Origin: Thermodesulfobacteriota bacterium
GTDB lineage: Bacteria; Desulfobacterota_D; UBA1144; Nemesobacterales; UBA2774
Direction: 5' to 3'
DNA length: 64,000 nucleotides
NCBI GenBank assembly: GCA_963422265.1
Contig: OY729416.1
Span: 672,001-736,000, forward strand
Shown: positions 38,199 through 47,804 of the stretch, one piece after another
How positions within the stretch are numbered: position 1 is the first letter of the stretch
Layout of the letters: the number at the start of each line of letters is the position of its first letter
Notes under the pieces: generated by a model
What the model was told of the DNA's origin: nothing
Databases searched by the model: none
What the model saw: the letters and a program-made list of their open reading frames with translations, nothing else
Program-made: the position numbers and the translations under genes

Positions 38199-40550
38199 AT
38201 GACCAAATCGCTTGTAATCGTAGAATCTCCCGCGAAAGCTAGGACTATAAAAAAATACCTTGGCGAAGGTTTTAACGTAGAAGCTTCATCAGGGCATCTA
38301 ATAGATCTCCCTGTCAGCGAGCTCGGCGTTGATATTGAAAACGACTTCGCTCCCCAATACGTAGTTATAAAGGGAAAGAACAAATTCCTAAATCAACTCA
38401 AAAAAGCCGCTAAGAACGCACATAAAGTCTATTTAGCGTCTGACCCCGACAGAGAAGGCGAGGCGATTGCATGGCACATTGCGGAGAGACTGAACATAAG
38501 AGACAGGTCTGAGAGGATTCTTATTCGCGAAATTACGGAACAGGCGGTAAAAGATTCTATAAATAACCCTACGACGCTTAGCCAAGACCGGTTTGAAGCA
38601 CAGCAAGCCAGAAGAATCCTCGATCGTCTTGTGGGCTATCAAGTAAGTCCGATACTGTGGAGGAAACTCAAGAAGGGCCTCAGCGCCGGAAGGGTGCAGA
38701 GCGTAGCTTTAAGACTCATAGTTGAAAGGGAACGAGAAATCAAGGCTTTCAAACCACTGGAATATTGGACGATAGAATCTAAATTAAAGCGTCCTCAGGA
38801 TAATGAAAATGAGGCTTTCAAGGCTACTCTTACTAAATTTGACAGTAGAAAAACATCTATGTCAAGCGAAGAGCAGGCGAACTCAATACTGAATTCAATA
38901 AAGCACGAGAAATTTACAGTTTCAAAAGTTGAAAGAAAGGATAAGAAAAGAAACGCCCAGCCCCCTTTTATAACCAGCACGCTACAGCGTGAGTCATCAC
39001 TAAAGCTTAGGTTCTCGGCAAAGAGAACTATGGCTCTTGCCCAAAAGCTCTATGAAGGAGTAGAGCTTGGCAAAGAAGGTCCCGTTGGCTTAATTACCTA
39101 TATGAGGACGGATTCCGTGAGGACTTCGGACTTAGCCTTGAGCGAGGTGAGGGCTCACATTAAAGAGTTCTATGGAGAGTCCTATCTTCCTCAAAAGCCC
39201 AATTCATTTAAGATTAAGAAATCCGCTCAGGATGCACACGAATGTATAAGACCTACTTTCGTAAATAAGACCCCTGATTCGGTAAAAGAATTCCTACAAA
39301 AGGATGAACACAATCTTTACAAACTCGTATGGCAAAGATTCGTAGCCTCCCAGATGAGACCAATGATATACGATCAGACAACCCTTGACACTGAGGCAGG
39401 TAGAGGCATTTTCCGCTCCACTGGCTCTATTGTTAAATTTCCCGGTTTTTCCACCATCTACCTTGAAGGTAAGGAAGAGGAGGAAAAACAGGAAAGCGAT
39501 GAAACTAGAAAACTTCCAGAGGTAAAGAAAGGAGATGTCTTAGACCTCCTTGGTATTGAAGGGAAGCAGCACTTTACCCAGCCACCCCCACGATTCACCG
39601 AAAGCTCTCTTGTGAAAGAACTTGAAGACAAGGGAATAGGACGACCTTCAACTTACGCCTCTATTCTTTCTACGATTCAGGATCGGGAATACGTTATAAA
39701 AGAAAAGAACAAGCTTCAGCCAACAACCTTGGGAATATCGGCAAATGATCTCTTAATACAGGGATTTCCTCAAATCATGGACGTAAAGTTCACCGCCAAT
39801 ATGGAAAGCAACCTAGATGACATTGAGGATGGAAACGTCAATTGGATAGAGCTTTTGAAAAGCTTCTATGAAGATTTATCAAGCCGTTTGGAGCAAATCC
39901 AAAAAGGGATTCAAACCGATGTCAAGTGTGATAAATGCGGCGCGCCGATGATAATAAAATTGAGTAGAAACGGGGAATTCTTATCATGTTCAACATATCC
40001 CGAATGTAAGAATGCAAAGCCATTCGAATATGATCCAGACGGCAACGTTAAACTCATAGAAAAGGTAGAGCCAAAGTTAATTGATAGTATCTTGTGCGAT
40101 AAATGCAACTCTCCTATGGCTATTAAAAACAGCAGGAGAGGCGAGTTCCTCGGATGCTCGGCTTATCCTAAATGCAAGAATGCAAAGCCATTCGAATATG
40201 ATCCAGACGGCAACGTTAAACTCATAGAAAAGGTAGAGCCAAAGTTAATTGATAGTATCTTGTGCGATAAATGCAACTCTCCTATGGCTATTAAAAACAG
40301 CAGGAGAGGCGAGTTCCTCGGATGCTCGGCTTATCCTAAATGTAAGAACGCAAAGCCATTCGAATATGATTCTCAAGGTAGGATCAAGGTTCTCGAAAAA
40401 GAGGAGCCACAAATAAGAGAAGATATAAAATGTGAAAAATGTGGAAAGCCCATGGCTTTAAGAAAAGGGAGGTTCGGGAACTTTCTTGGGTGCACCGGCT
40501 ATCCTAAATGTAGAAACGTCATTAAAACCGAGGATGAGATTAGTCACTAA
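38199..40550 (+). CDS. topA: DNA topoisomerase I with four C-terminal zinc ribbons
   Basis: IVESPAKA, ASDPDREGE, SAGRVQS, ITYMRTDS (catalytic Tyr), GIGRPSTY. Confidence 0.97.
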   Translation: MTKSLVIVESPAKARTIKKYLGEGFNVEASSGHLIDLPVSELGVDIENDFAPQYVVIKGKNKFLNQLKKAAKNAHKVYLASDPDREGEAIAWHIAERLNIRDRSERILIREITEQAVKDSINNPTTLSQDRFEAQQARRILDRLVGYQVSPILWRKLKKGLSAGRVQSVALRLIVEREREIKAFKPLEYWTIESKLKRPQDNENEAFKATLTKFDSRKTSMSSEEQANSILNSIKHEKFTVSKVERKDKKRNAQPPFITSTLQRESSLKLRFSAKRTMALAQKLYEGVELGKEGPVGLITYMRTDSVRTSDLALSEVRAHIKEFYGESYLPQKPNSFKIKKSAQDAHECIRPTFVNKTPDSVKEFLQKDEHNLYKLVWQRFVASQMRPMIYDQTTLDTEAGRGIFRSTGSIVKFPGFSTIYLEGKEEEEKQESDETRKLPEVKKGDVLDLLGIEGKQHFTQPPPRFTESSLVKELEDKGIGRPSTYASILSTIQDREYVIKEKNKLQPTTLGISANDLLIQGFPQIMDVKFTANMESNLDDIEDGNVNWIELLKSFYEDLSSRLEQIQKGIQTDVKCDKCGAPMIIKLSRNGEFLSCSTYPECKNAKPFEYDPDGNVKLIEKVEPKLIDSILCDKCNSPMAIKNSRRGEFLGCSAYPKCKNAKPFEYDPDGNVKLIEKVEPKLIDSILCDKCNSPMAIKNSRRGEFLGCSAYPKCKNAKPFEYDSQGRIKVLEKEEPQIREDIKCEKCGKPMALRKGRFGNFLGCTGYPKCRNVIKTEDEISH
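40008..40370 (+). repeat. 168-bp in-frame tandem duplication in topA (two copies plus a partial third)
   Basis: 40008-40175 and 40176-40343 differ only at the last base; 40344-40370 is a partial copy with one mismatch. Confidence 0.95.
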
Positions 40551-40651
40551 ATTCATTCTAAAACCCTTGTCGGTTGACTTAGCTGATCCTTTACCTTACA
40601 GTTTTAGTTTTACTATAGATAATCTAACTGACTAACCAAGACCATTTAGAA

Positions 40652-41710
40652 ATGGAAAGGCATTCTAGGCAAATAGATCTGGGTGGCGTCAAAGTAGGTG
40701 GGGGCTCTCCCGTTACTGTCCAGTCTATGACAAAGACGGACACAAGGGATATCCCCACCACCGTAGCTGAAATAAAACGTTTGGAGCAAGCTGGCTGCGA
40801 TATAATCCGACTTGCGGTGCCTGACATGGATTCTGCTAAATCACTTGGAGCAATTATTGAACAAACCAGCATACCTATTGTTTCAGATATACATTTTGAT
40901 TACCGATTAGCACTCGAAGCGGTCAAGCAAGGCGTCCACGGCATGAGGCTTAATCCGGGCAACATAGGCGCCAAATACAGAATTAAGGCAGTGGTAGATG
41001 CCGTTAGAGAAAGAGGAATACCAATCAGAATCGGTGTCAACTCTGGTTCACTTGAAAAAGACATTTTAAGAAAACATGGTTCTCCCACGCCTCAGTCTCT
41101 AGCGGAAAGTGCCTTAAGGCATGCCCAGATATTAGAGGACATGGATTTTAGGGACATTAAAATCTCAGTCAAGTCAACTGATGTAAAAAAGATGATAGAG
41201 TCCTATAGGATTTTAGCTGAAAAGTGTGATTATCCTCTCCACCTAGGCGTAACCGAGGCTGGCACCTATGAGCTAGGCGCTATCAAATCCTCAATCGGCA
41301 TTGGAACCCTTCTCGCTGAAGGGATAGGAGATACAATTAGGGTTTCCATAACGGGCGACCCTGTAGATGAAATCTTAGTAGGACTCAACATACTTCGCTC
41401 ATTAGGACTAAGAAGAAATGGAATTGAACTCATATCATGTCCTGGGTGCGGCAGACTTGAGATTGATTTAGTAAAGCTCGTGCGAGACGTAGAAAGAAGA
41501 ATCTTAAACTTGGAACTCCCGAGACCAATCAAGGTCGCTATCTTGGGATGCGTCGTGAACGGCCCTGGCGAGGCATCGGAAGCCGACATAGGAATTGCAG
41601 GTGGCAGAGGAAAGGGAATGCTATACAAAGATGGGAAACTCGTGCGCTCCTTCAAAGAACACCGAATAGTAGATGAACTAGTTAAAGAACTAGAGAATTT
41701 TGCCGTTTAG
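40652..41710 (+). CDS. ispG: 4-hydroxy-3-methylbut-2-enyl diphosphate synthase
   Basis: VQSMT, DIHFD, RLNPGNIG, RIGVNSGSL, HLGVTEAG, SCPGCGR, GCVVNGPGEA. Confidence 0.97.
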   Translation: MERHSRQIDLGGVKVGGGSPVTVQSMTKTDTRDIPTTVAEIKRLEQAGCDIIRLAVPDMDSAKSLGAIIEQTSIPIVSDIHFDYRLALEAVKQGVHGMRLNPGNIGAKYRIKAVVDAVRERGIPIRIGVNSGSLEKDILRKHGSPTPQSLAESALRHAQILEDMDFRDIKISVKSTDVKKMIESYRILAEKCDYPLHLGVTEAGTYELGAIKSSIGIGTLLAEGIGDTIRVSITGDPVDEILVGLNILRSLGLRRNGIELISCPGCGRLEIDLVKLVRDVERRILNLELPRPIKVAILGCVVNGPGEASEADIGIAGGRGKGMLYKDGKLVRSFKEHRIVDELVKELENFAV

Positions 41711-41818
41711 GCGCTGACTGCTCTCACAATAATCCTGTGTAATCCCGTTCAGAAAAAAAACTTGCTCATAATGTTGCGGCATATTATTATTAAGATGGTT
41801 TTATGTTACTTTTAGAAT

Positions 41819-42874
41819 GTGAACCAGTTTATTGCAAGTATCAAAGGCCGTAGCTCCGCGGAAAATCCGGCTAATAGGTTTGAAAAGATTGAATACGAAC
41901 CTTCCGAAGAAGAAGTCGCGCAAGGAATCTCTCCTAAGACCATATTCTATAAAGACACCGCCAAATCAATAATTACCCGCAATGATAGCCCTGACGTCGG
42001 TTTTAACGCGGGAATCAATCCCTATAGAGGCTGTGAACACGGTTGTATATATTGCTATGCAAGACCAACTCACGAGTTTCTAGGTCTTTCTCTTGGACTG
42101 GATTTTGAGACTAAAATATTTATAAAAGGAGACGCCCCAAAACTGCTTAGAAAAGAGCTTTCCTCAAAAAAATATGAGAGCGAAGCCATAGTAATCAGCG
42201 GCAATACGGACTGCTATCAGCCCGTTGAGAAACATTTTAAGTTGACACGCTCCTGCCTCGAAGTCCTCCTAGAGTTTAATAACCCTACTGCAGTAATTAC
42301 AAAAAACTACCTGGTAACACGTGACCTAGACCTGCTAAAAAAATTTACCGAATGGGACGGCGTGATCGTTGCCATTTCCATCACTACTTTGGATTCAGAA
42401 CTTAGATCCCGTATGGAGCCTAGAACCTCTTCGCCCAGTCTGAGATTAAAAGCCATAGAAGAGCTTTCCAAAAATGGAATTCCGGTGATAGTAATGGTTG
42501 CACCTGTAATACCAGGACTTACCGACCATGAAATCCCTAATATTATAAGTAGCGCCGCTAGCGTCGGGGCGGTAGGAGCAGGCTATATAATGCTTAGACT
42601 GCCATACGGGGTATCGGACATCTTTTCAAGTTGGCTTGAGAGACACTATCCAGATAGAAAGGACAAAGTGCTTAACCGAATAAAATCGGTGCGAGGAGGA
42701 AAACTTAACGACGCTCAGTTCTACGACAGAATGAAGGGACGGGGTATATACGCAGAACAAATAAAGAATTTGTTTGATATATCTTATAGAAAAGCAGGAT
42801 TTGATAAAAATGAAATAAACCTCTCAACCGATCATTTTAATACATCTAGTGAGACGCAGATGAAACTACTATAA
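41819..42874 (+). CDS. Radical SAM protein, PA0069/Rv2578c (spore photoproduct lyase-like) family
   Basis: NPYRGCEHGCIYCYARPTHE, NTDCYQP, APVIPGLTD, terminal QMKLL; upstream TTGCTC-N17-TATTAT at 41762-41790. Confidence 0.9.
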   Translation: MNQFIASIKGRSSAENPANRFEKIEYEPSEEEVAQGISPKTIFYKDTAKSIITRNDSPDVGFNAGINPYRGCEHGCIYCYARPTHEFLGLSLGLDFETKIFIKGDAPKLLRKELSSKKYESEAIVISGNTDCYQPVEKHFKLTRSCLEVLLEFNNPTAVITKNYLVTRDLDLLKKFTEWDGVIVAISITTLDSELRSRMEPRTSSPSLRLKAIEELSKNGIPVIVMVAPVIPGLTDHEIPNIISSAASVGAVGAGYIMLRLPYGVSDIFSSWLERHYPDRKDKVLNRIKSVRGGKLNDAQFYDRMKGRGIYAEQIKNLFDISYRKAGFDKNEINLSTDHFNTSSETQMKLL

Positions 42875-42936
42875 AAGCTAAGCTGATTATCACTCAGTAG
42901 GATTTCCAATCTTTTTGTACTCAAAAGCATTATAAG

Positions 42937-44331
42937 CTACCGAGCAAAAGGAACAGCATCAATAACTTCAATACGGACTTCTTCTGGCGCTGCATTTAGA
43001 AATCCAGCTTCGATATCTCTAAAAGTCCTTCTACTATGCGCAGGCAGCACGTCGTAAATTATCGCTCGATTTGAAGACGTTGGAGATCCTCCCCTAAACG
43101 AGAAGAACTTAACCTTAAACTCAATTTTGGCGTAATCAATGCCACTCTTGTTACTAAGCGTGATCTCTGATATCTTGCCTATAGTTTGCGCGACGCCTCC
43201 CCCCCATACAAAATCTTCAACTATAATGTCATGACGAGGAAGTGGGACCTCTTCAACTTCATACTGGTCTTGGGCTAGCGTAGTTTGCTTGTCCGGCAAT
43301 TGTTCTTTGTCTTGCAGGGGCTTTTGCTCGGACCCTATTGCCGGTTCTTTAAGTGCTACACTATCCTCAAGTCCAACTGACGCTCCTTCCCGCTCTTGCT
43401 CTAACCTTTTCTTGTATCTTTCAGATAGAGAAAGCCTTTTGCTTCCCTGGGATTCATAATCTTGCTGTAAAGACTTGTCCAAGTTAGCGTCACTTTCTAA
43501 CCTCTTTACGGATTTGCCTTCCTTTTGAGCAATCCTGTAACGTAGCTCCTTTTCAGATATGAGCTTTGCACTTACCACGCTTACCATGTCTCTGCTCGCG
43601 CCCGGATGCCTGAAGCCAACGTTCACGTCCTTAAACGTCACCTCACCTTTAGCTGGAATAACGTCGTGGATAACCGCTCTGCCAGCAAATCCTTTGCTCC
43701 CAACCTTAACGTTGCTCGCACCTGAAAAGTCAACCCTTATCTTAACGTCTTTCCAATTCTCATTGCTCTTGTTTACCAAGGTTAGTTCTTTCAGAATTCC
43801 TTCCGTTCCATATTGCCCTCCTATCCATTCCCAATCCTTTACTAATATAATATCCTTTACCTGAGTAGAATCTTCATCTTCAATTAACTCCGCCCCTACT
43901 ACTCTCGCAACGGTGTTTTGAAGTTCCGAGTGCATCATGCCAAATTCAATATTATAAAACGTTTTCTCGCTCCCAGACCGTAAGACGTCACTTATCATTG
44001 ATCTCAAAGAACCAATCGAAATACCGTTACCAGAATATAAATCAACTTCAATCGCAATATTTTCGTAGTCTTCCTCGCCACGATTCTCAAGGGTAATCTC
44101 TCCCAAAATGGCAGCCCTGCCCATCCCACCGGAAGCCCATTTATAGTCCTTAACCACTATGACACTCTTTGGAGACTCCGTTTTTTTTCTTATAGCGTTC
44201 ACGTCTTGGACAACGAGGTTAAGAAAACAAAACGAAAATATGGCTACTGTCATAAGGTTTAATATCTGATTAGCGAATCCGTAGCTATTAAGTCTGAATT
44301 TTGTAAGTCTCAATTTTGTCATGTAAGGCAT
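42937..44331 (-). CDS. Exported protein with three repeated beta-rich (FxLYD/Ig-like) domains
   Basis: Signal-like hydrophobic stretch; three repeats I.V.D..W.GG...G...E.TL.N.....Y/W..I...V.F; charged linker. Confidence 0.7.
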   Translation of the reverse strand: MPYMTKLRLTKFRLNSYGFANQILNLMTVAIFSFCFLNLVVQDVNAIRKKTESPKSVIVVKDYKWASGGMGRAAILGEITLENRGEEDYENIAIEVDLYSGNGISIGSLRSMISDVLRSGSEKTFYNIEFGMMHSELQNTVARVVGAELIEDEDSTQVKDIILVKDWEWIGGQYGTEGILKELTLVNKSNENWKDVKIRVDFSGASNVKVGSKGFAGRAVIHDVIPAKGEVTFKDVNVGFRHPGASRDMVSVVSAKLISEKELRYRIAQKEGKSVKRLESDANLDKSLQQDYESQGSKRLSLSERYKKRLEQEREGASVGLEDSVALKEPAIGSEQKPLQDKEQLPDKQTTLAQDQYEVEEVPLPRHDIIVEDFVWGGGVAQTIGKISEITLSNKSGIDYAKIEFKVKFFSFRGGSPTSSNRAIIYDVLPAHSRRTFRDIEAGFLNAAPEEVRIEVIDAVPFAR

Positions 44332-44501
44332 TTTAGCTCCTCAAATAGTTTTGACGTTTATGTTATAGATCAGTAATATATACTTATGTATAAGAAAGCC
44401 AATATACCTTATATTGACGACATATTGACGACGGATGTATGAAAACTGACTCATATAAAAAAGTAACCACTAAATTAACAACTATAGAGTAACCGATAAA
44501 A

Positions 44502-44822
44502 ATGGGCGTTTACGTTCTACTAAGCAAGCTTACCCCTGAAGGTAGGAGGACAATCAAGGAGAGGCCTCATAGGATAAAGGAAGTAGTTAAGGAATTGAAA
44601 GAATCGGGCGTGAAGGTATTTCAGCAATACGCGACGCTAGGTCAATATGATTTTATCAACATAGTTGAGGCGCCCGACAACGAGACAATAAGCAGGATTT
44701 CCGTTGACTTGTGCTCACGGGGGACAGTCGAGATTGTTACCTTGGCAGCAGTTCCAATAAACTCTTACGTGTCCACTCTTAAGAACGCCCAAATAGTTTC
44801 TTCACAGAGGAAGAAAGGCTAA
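44502..44822 (+). CDS. GYD domain protein
   Basis: YVLLSKLTPEG, YATLGQYDF..IVEAPD. Confidence 0.85.
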   Translation: MGVYVLLSKLTPEGRRTIKERPHRIKEVVKELKESGVKVFQQYATLGQYDFINIVEAPDNETISRISVDLCSRGTVEIVTLAAVPINSYVSTLKNAQIVSSQRKKG

Positions 44823-44912
44823 TTCTAATACTAACAAACTTGCGGATAGGGATTTTCACAACCCATATCTAAAAACTAAATATCACAATTATTTCCTAAG
44901 CGTTCACGTAAC

Positions 44913-45083
44913 TTGATAAGAAAAATTTTCAAAGAGTTTAAGAGAATTTTGAAAGACCACTCTGAAGACGTTTATGGAGTAGGATCCCGCATTACACTTT
45001 CCCTTTATATTATTCTATCCATAGCGTGCCTTGTCGTGCCGCTACTCTTTCTTCTTATACTGATTTTGTTAAAGGTTATTTAA
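44913..45083 (+). CDS. Small membrane protein (56 aa, below the ORF-track cutoff)
   Basis: TTG start; MIRKIFKEFKRILKDHSEDVYGVGSRITLSLYIILSIACLVVPLLFLLILILLKVI. Confidence 0.5.
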   Translation: MIRKIFKEFKRILKDHSEDVYGVGSRITLSLYIILSIACLVVPLLFLLILILLKVI

Positions 45084-45191
45084 CAAATACGAAAACACAC
45101 CCCCTGTCGCTACTTACTTGTTATCCTTAACTGCTTGTCTCGCCAGTCTTTTGACCGAACTATTAATCCTATGTAACATAGCTTTTTATAG

Positions 45192-47003
45192 ATGGGTAAA
45201 ATAAGGATTCTTTCCGACAATTTAGTCTCCAAAATTGCAGCAGGGGAAATAGTCGAAAGACCCGCTTCTGTAGTCAAAGAACTAATTGAAAACTCAATCG
45301 ACGCTAGCAGCACAATGATTGAAGTTGAGATTGAGAACGGCGGGAAAAGGCTAATCAGGGTATCGGATAACGGTGAGGGAATGACAAGAGATGAGTCCCT
45401 TATGTCATTAGAAAGGCACGCGACTAGTAAAATTAAAGATATTAAAGACTTGTTCTCTGTTAGCACGTTGGGGTTCCGAGGCGAAGCAATACCAAGCATA
45501 GCTAGCGTGTCGAGATTCAAGGTAACGACCATATCTCAAGGCGAAGAGATCGGCACTGTAATCAACGTTGAGGGTGGAAAGATAAGAAGCGTTGAGGAAA
45601 TTGGCGCTCCACAAGGCACTACTACAGAAGTTAAGAACTTATTTTATAATACGCCCGCAAGGCTTAAATTTATGAGAAAGATTGAAACCGAAGTTACTAA
45701 CGTTTTAAGCATCGTAGAGCGAGAAGCTATTTCACATCCCGAAATTGGTTTTAGGTTAAACAGCGACGGAAAAACACTGCTCCATTTCCTTGCGAGAAAA
45801 AGTATTGATAAAAGGGTCCAAGAAATATACCCAAACACCAACCTCTTTCCGATCGTCGCAAGCGTAGAAGAAGTAGGCGTGTCGGGTCTTATGTCAAGCC
45901 CGCTTGATCACCGGTCATCCGCTCAAAAGATTTTTATATACGTCAACCTAAGGAGCGTAAAAGATAGACTCTTAACACGCATGATAATCAACTCCTATGG
46001 AAAAATGCTTGAGAAGGGCAAATTTCCACAGGGTGCGCTTTTCGTAGAAATACCACCTGAGCAGGTAGACGTCAACGTCCACCCTAGCAAAAACGAAGTC
46101 AGATTTAAGAACACAAGACTTATTGACGGCTTGATAAAGTCATCAATAACAAGAATGCTTGAAAATGCTCCCTGGATTAAGGATTACCATAAAAGAGTTG
46201 AGGGCGCCGTTAGTAATTTTGAACAAAGACGCTACGACGTTACAATTCCTCATATAAGTCACCTACGTGAACCTAAACGGGCAGTCTATAAAAATTGGAC
46301 TGATACGAACGCCGCCTACGAACGTTTAAGCCAAGAAGGCGCAAACAAGCAAAACGAAACCAAGCCACAAATAACGATCAATAAACCCAAAGGACAAGAT
46401 TTATTCAAGAACAAGGGCTTTTATTCAAGCCTTAAAGTAATTGGTCAACTGGGCGAGCTATACATAGTCTGCGCCTCTCAAAATGGAATGGTTCTCGTAG
46501 ATCAGCACGCCGCCCATGAAAGGATAAATTATGAAAAGGTTAAAAAGGCTTACGCTAAATCAGGCGCCCTCGACGCGCAGGAGATGCTCGTTCCGGAGAC
46601 CGTTGAATTCTCTCCTTATGAAGCAGGTTTGATTGAAAGGCATGGAGAAGAAATTAAACGATTGGGATTAAGGGTAGAGAATTTTGGCGACAACGCCTTC
46701 ATAATTAGATCAACTCCCGCTATATTAAATAATATAGACTGCGCGAGCCTATTAAAAGACATAGCTTCCGAGATTGCCGACGTTGGCATGGAGAAAAGTA
46801 TTAGCGAAAGAATAGACCGCGCAATATCAACAATAGCATGTCACTCATCTATAAGAGCTAACCAAGGGCTTGACGCTCAAAAAATGGAAGCCCTTCTTCA
46901 AGGGCTTGATCATTCAGACTTTCCACACTCGTGTCCCCACGGTAGACCAGTAGCTCGTGAAGTTACGTTTTACGAGATAGAGAAGATGTTTAAAAGAACG
47001 TAG
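45192..47003 (+). CDS. mutL: DNA mismatch repair protein MutL
   Basis: IAAGEIVERPASVVKELIENSIDA, GFRGEA, DVNVHP; endonuclease motifs DQHAAHER, ACH, CPHGRP. Confidence 0.97.
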   Translation: MGKIRILSDNLVSKIAAGEIVERPASVVKELIENSIDASSTMIEVEIENGGKRLIRVSDNGEGMTRDESLMSLERHATSKIKDIKDLFSVSTLGFRGEAIPSIASVSRFKVTTISQGEEIGTVINVEGGKIRSVEEIGAPQGTTTEVKNLFYNTPARLKFMRKIETEVTNVLSIVEREAISHPEIGFRLNSDGKTLLHFLARKSIDKRVQEIYPNTNLFPIVASVEEVGVSGLMSSPLDHRSSAQKIFIYVNLRSVKDRLLTRMIINSYGKMLEKGKFPQGALFVEIPPEQVDVNVHPSKNEVRFKNTRLIDGLIKSSITRMLENAPWIKDYHKRVEGAVSNFEQRRYDVTIPHISHLREPKRAVYKNWTDTNAAYERLSQEGANKQNETKPQITINKPKGQDLFKNKGFYSSLKVIGQLGELYIVCASQNGMVLVDQHAAHERINYEKVKKAYAKSGALDAQEMLVPETVEFSPYEAGLIERHGEEIKRLGLRVENFGDNAFIIRSTPAILNNIDCASLLKDIASEIADVGMEKSISERIDRAISTIACHSSIRANQGLDAQKMEALLQGLDHSDFPHSCPHGRPVAREVTFYEIEKMFKRT

Positions 47004-47062
47004 ATACTTAGTCACTTTAAAACACTACGAATTTATTATGATGATTAATGGAGGTTCACAAC

Positions 47063-47635
47063 ATGGGCGTCGTTGAAACAAATCAATTTCACAAAGGGCT
47101 CAAAATTGAGTTTGAAGGAAATATATGGGAGATAATTGAATATCGTCACTCTAAAGTCGCTCAACGAAGCGCCGTGATGAAAACCAAGCTAAGAAACGTA
47201 GTCACCGGAGCCGTTCAGGAAAAGAATTTCCGCTCAGGCGATAGCTTTAAGGTTCCGGACGTGGACAGAAAAACTATGCAGTTTCTCTATAAAGATGACA
47301 TAGGCTATCACTTTATGGATTTAGATACCTACGAGCAGCACAGCCTTACCCCAAATCAAGTCGGTGAAGCAGCTAGGTTTCTAAAAGAACAGCAGGAGTT
47401 AAACGTTCTTTACTTTAATAATGAGCCCATGGGGCTGGAGCTGCCAACGGCTGTTGAGGTTGACGTAGTGGAAACCAATCCCGGCGTAAAAGGAGACACC
47501 GTATCAGGTAGCACTAAGCCCGCTAAGCTAGAGACCGGCGCTACCATCCAGGTGCCTCTTTTTATTGACGTAGGCAACTGTATAAGGGTTGATACAAGAA
47601 CTGGCGAATACTTAGATAGGATTAAAAAGAAGTAA
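47063..47635 (+). CDS. efp: Elongation factor P with a non-canonical tip loop
   Basis: KTKLRNV.TG, QFLY.D, FMD..TYEQ, PGVKGDT...KPAKLETG...VPLFI, VDTRTGEY; GGAGG RBS before ATG 47063. Confidence 0.93.
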   Translation: MGVVETNQFHKGLKIEFEGNIWEIIEYRHSKVAQRSAVMKTKLRNVVTGAVQEKNFRSGDSFKVPDVDRKTMQFLYKDDIGYHFMDLDTYEQHSLTPNQVGEAARFLKEQQELNVLYFNNEPMGLELPTAVEVDVVETNPGVKGDTVSGSTKPAKLETGATIQVPLFIDVGNCIRVDTRTGEYLDRIKKK

Positions 47636-47804
47636 GAGCGCGGAGAAAAAAGTCTATAGAAACTCTAAATTGTTGATTTACTTGCATTTTACCATCTACC
47701 CAATAGAATAAAAGTATGTATGAGAAGTAAGAGCACACGCTTCTTAGAACGCGATCAATTGACCTATAATCACCATCAAAACTTAGTAGCCATGGGGAGA
47801 TGAT

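Noticed and set aside
37637-38383. 248-aa minus-strand ORF, and similar long antisense ORFs at 36142-36702, 57214-57780, 59555-60070 and 19618-20115
   Set aside because: Shadows of well-conserved genes on the opposite strand; no recognisable motifs
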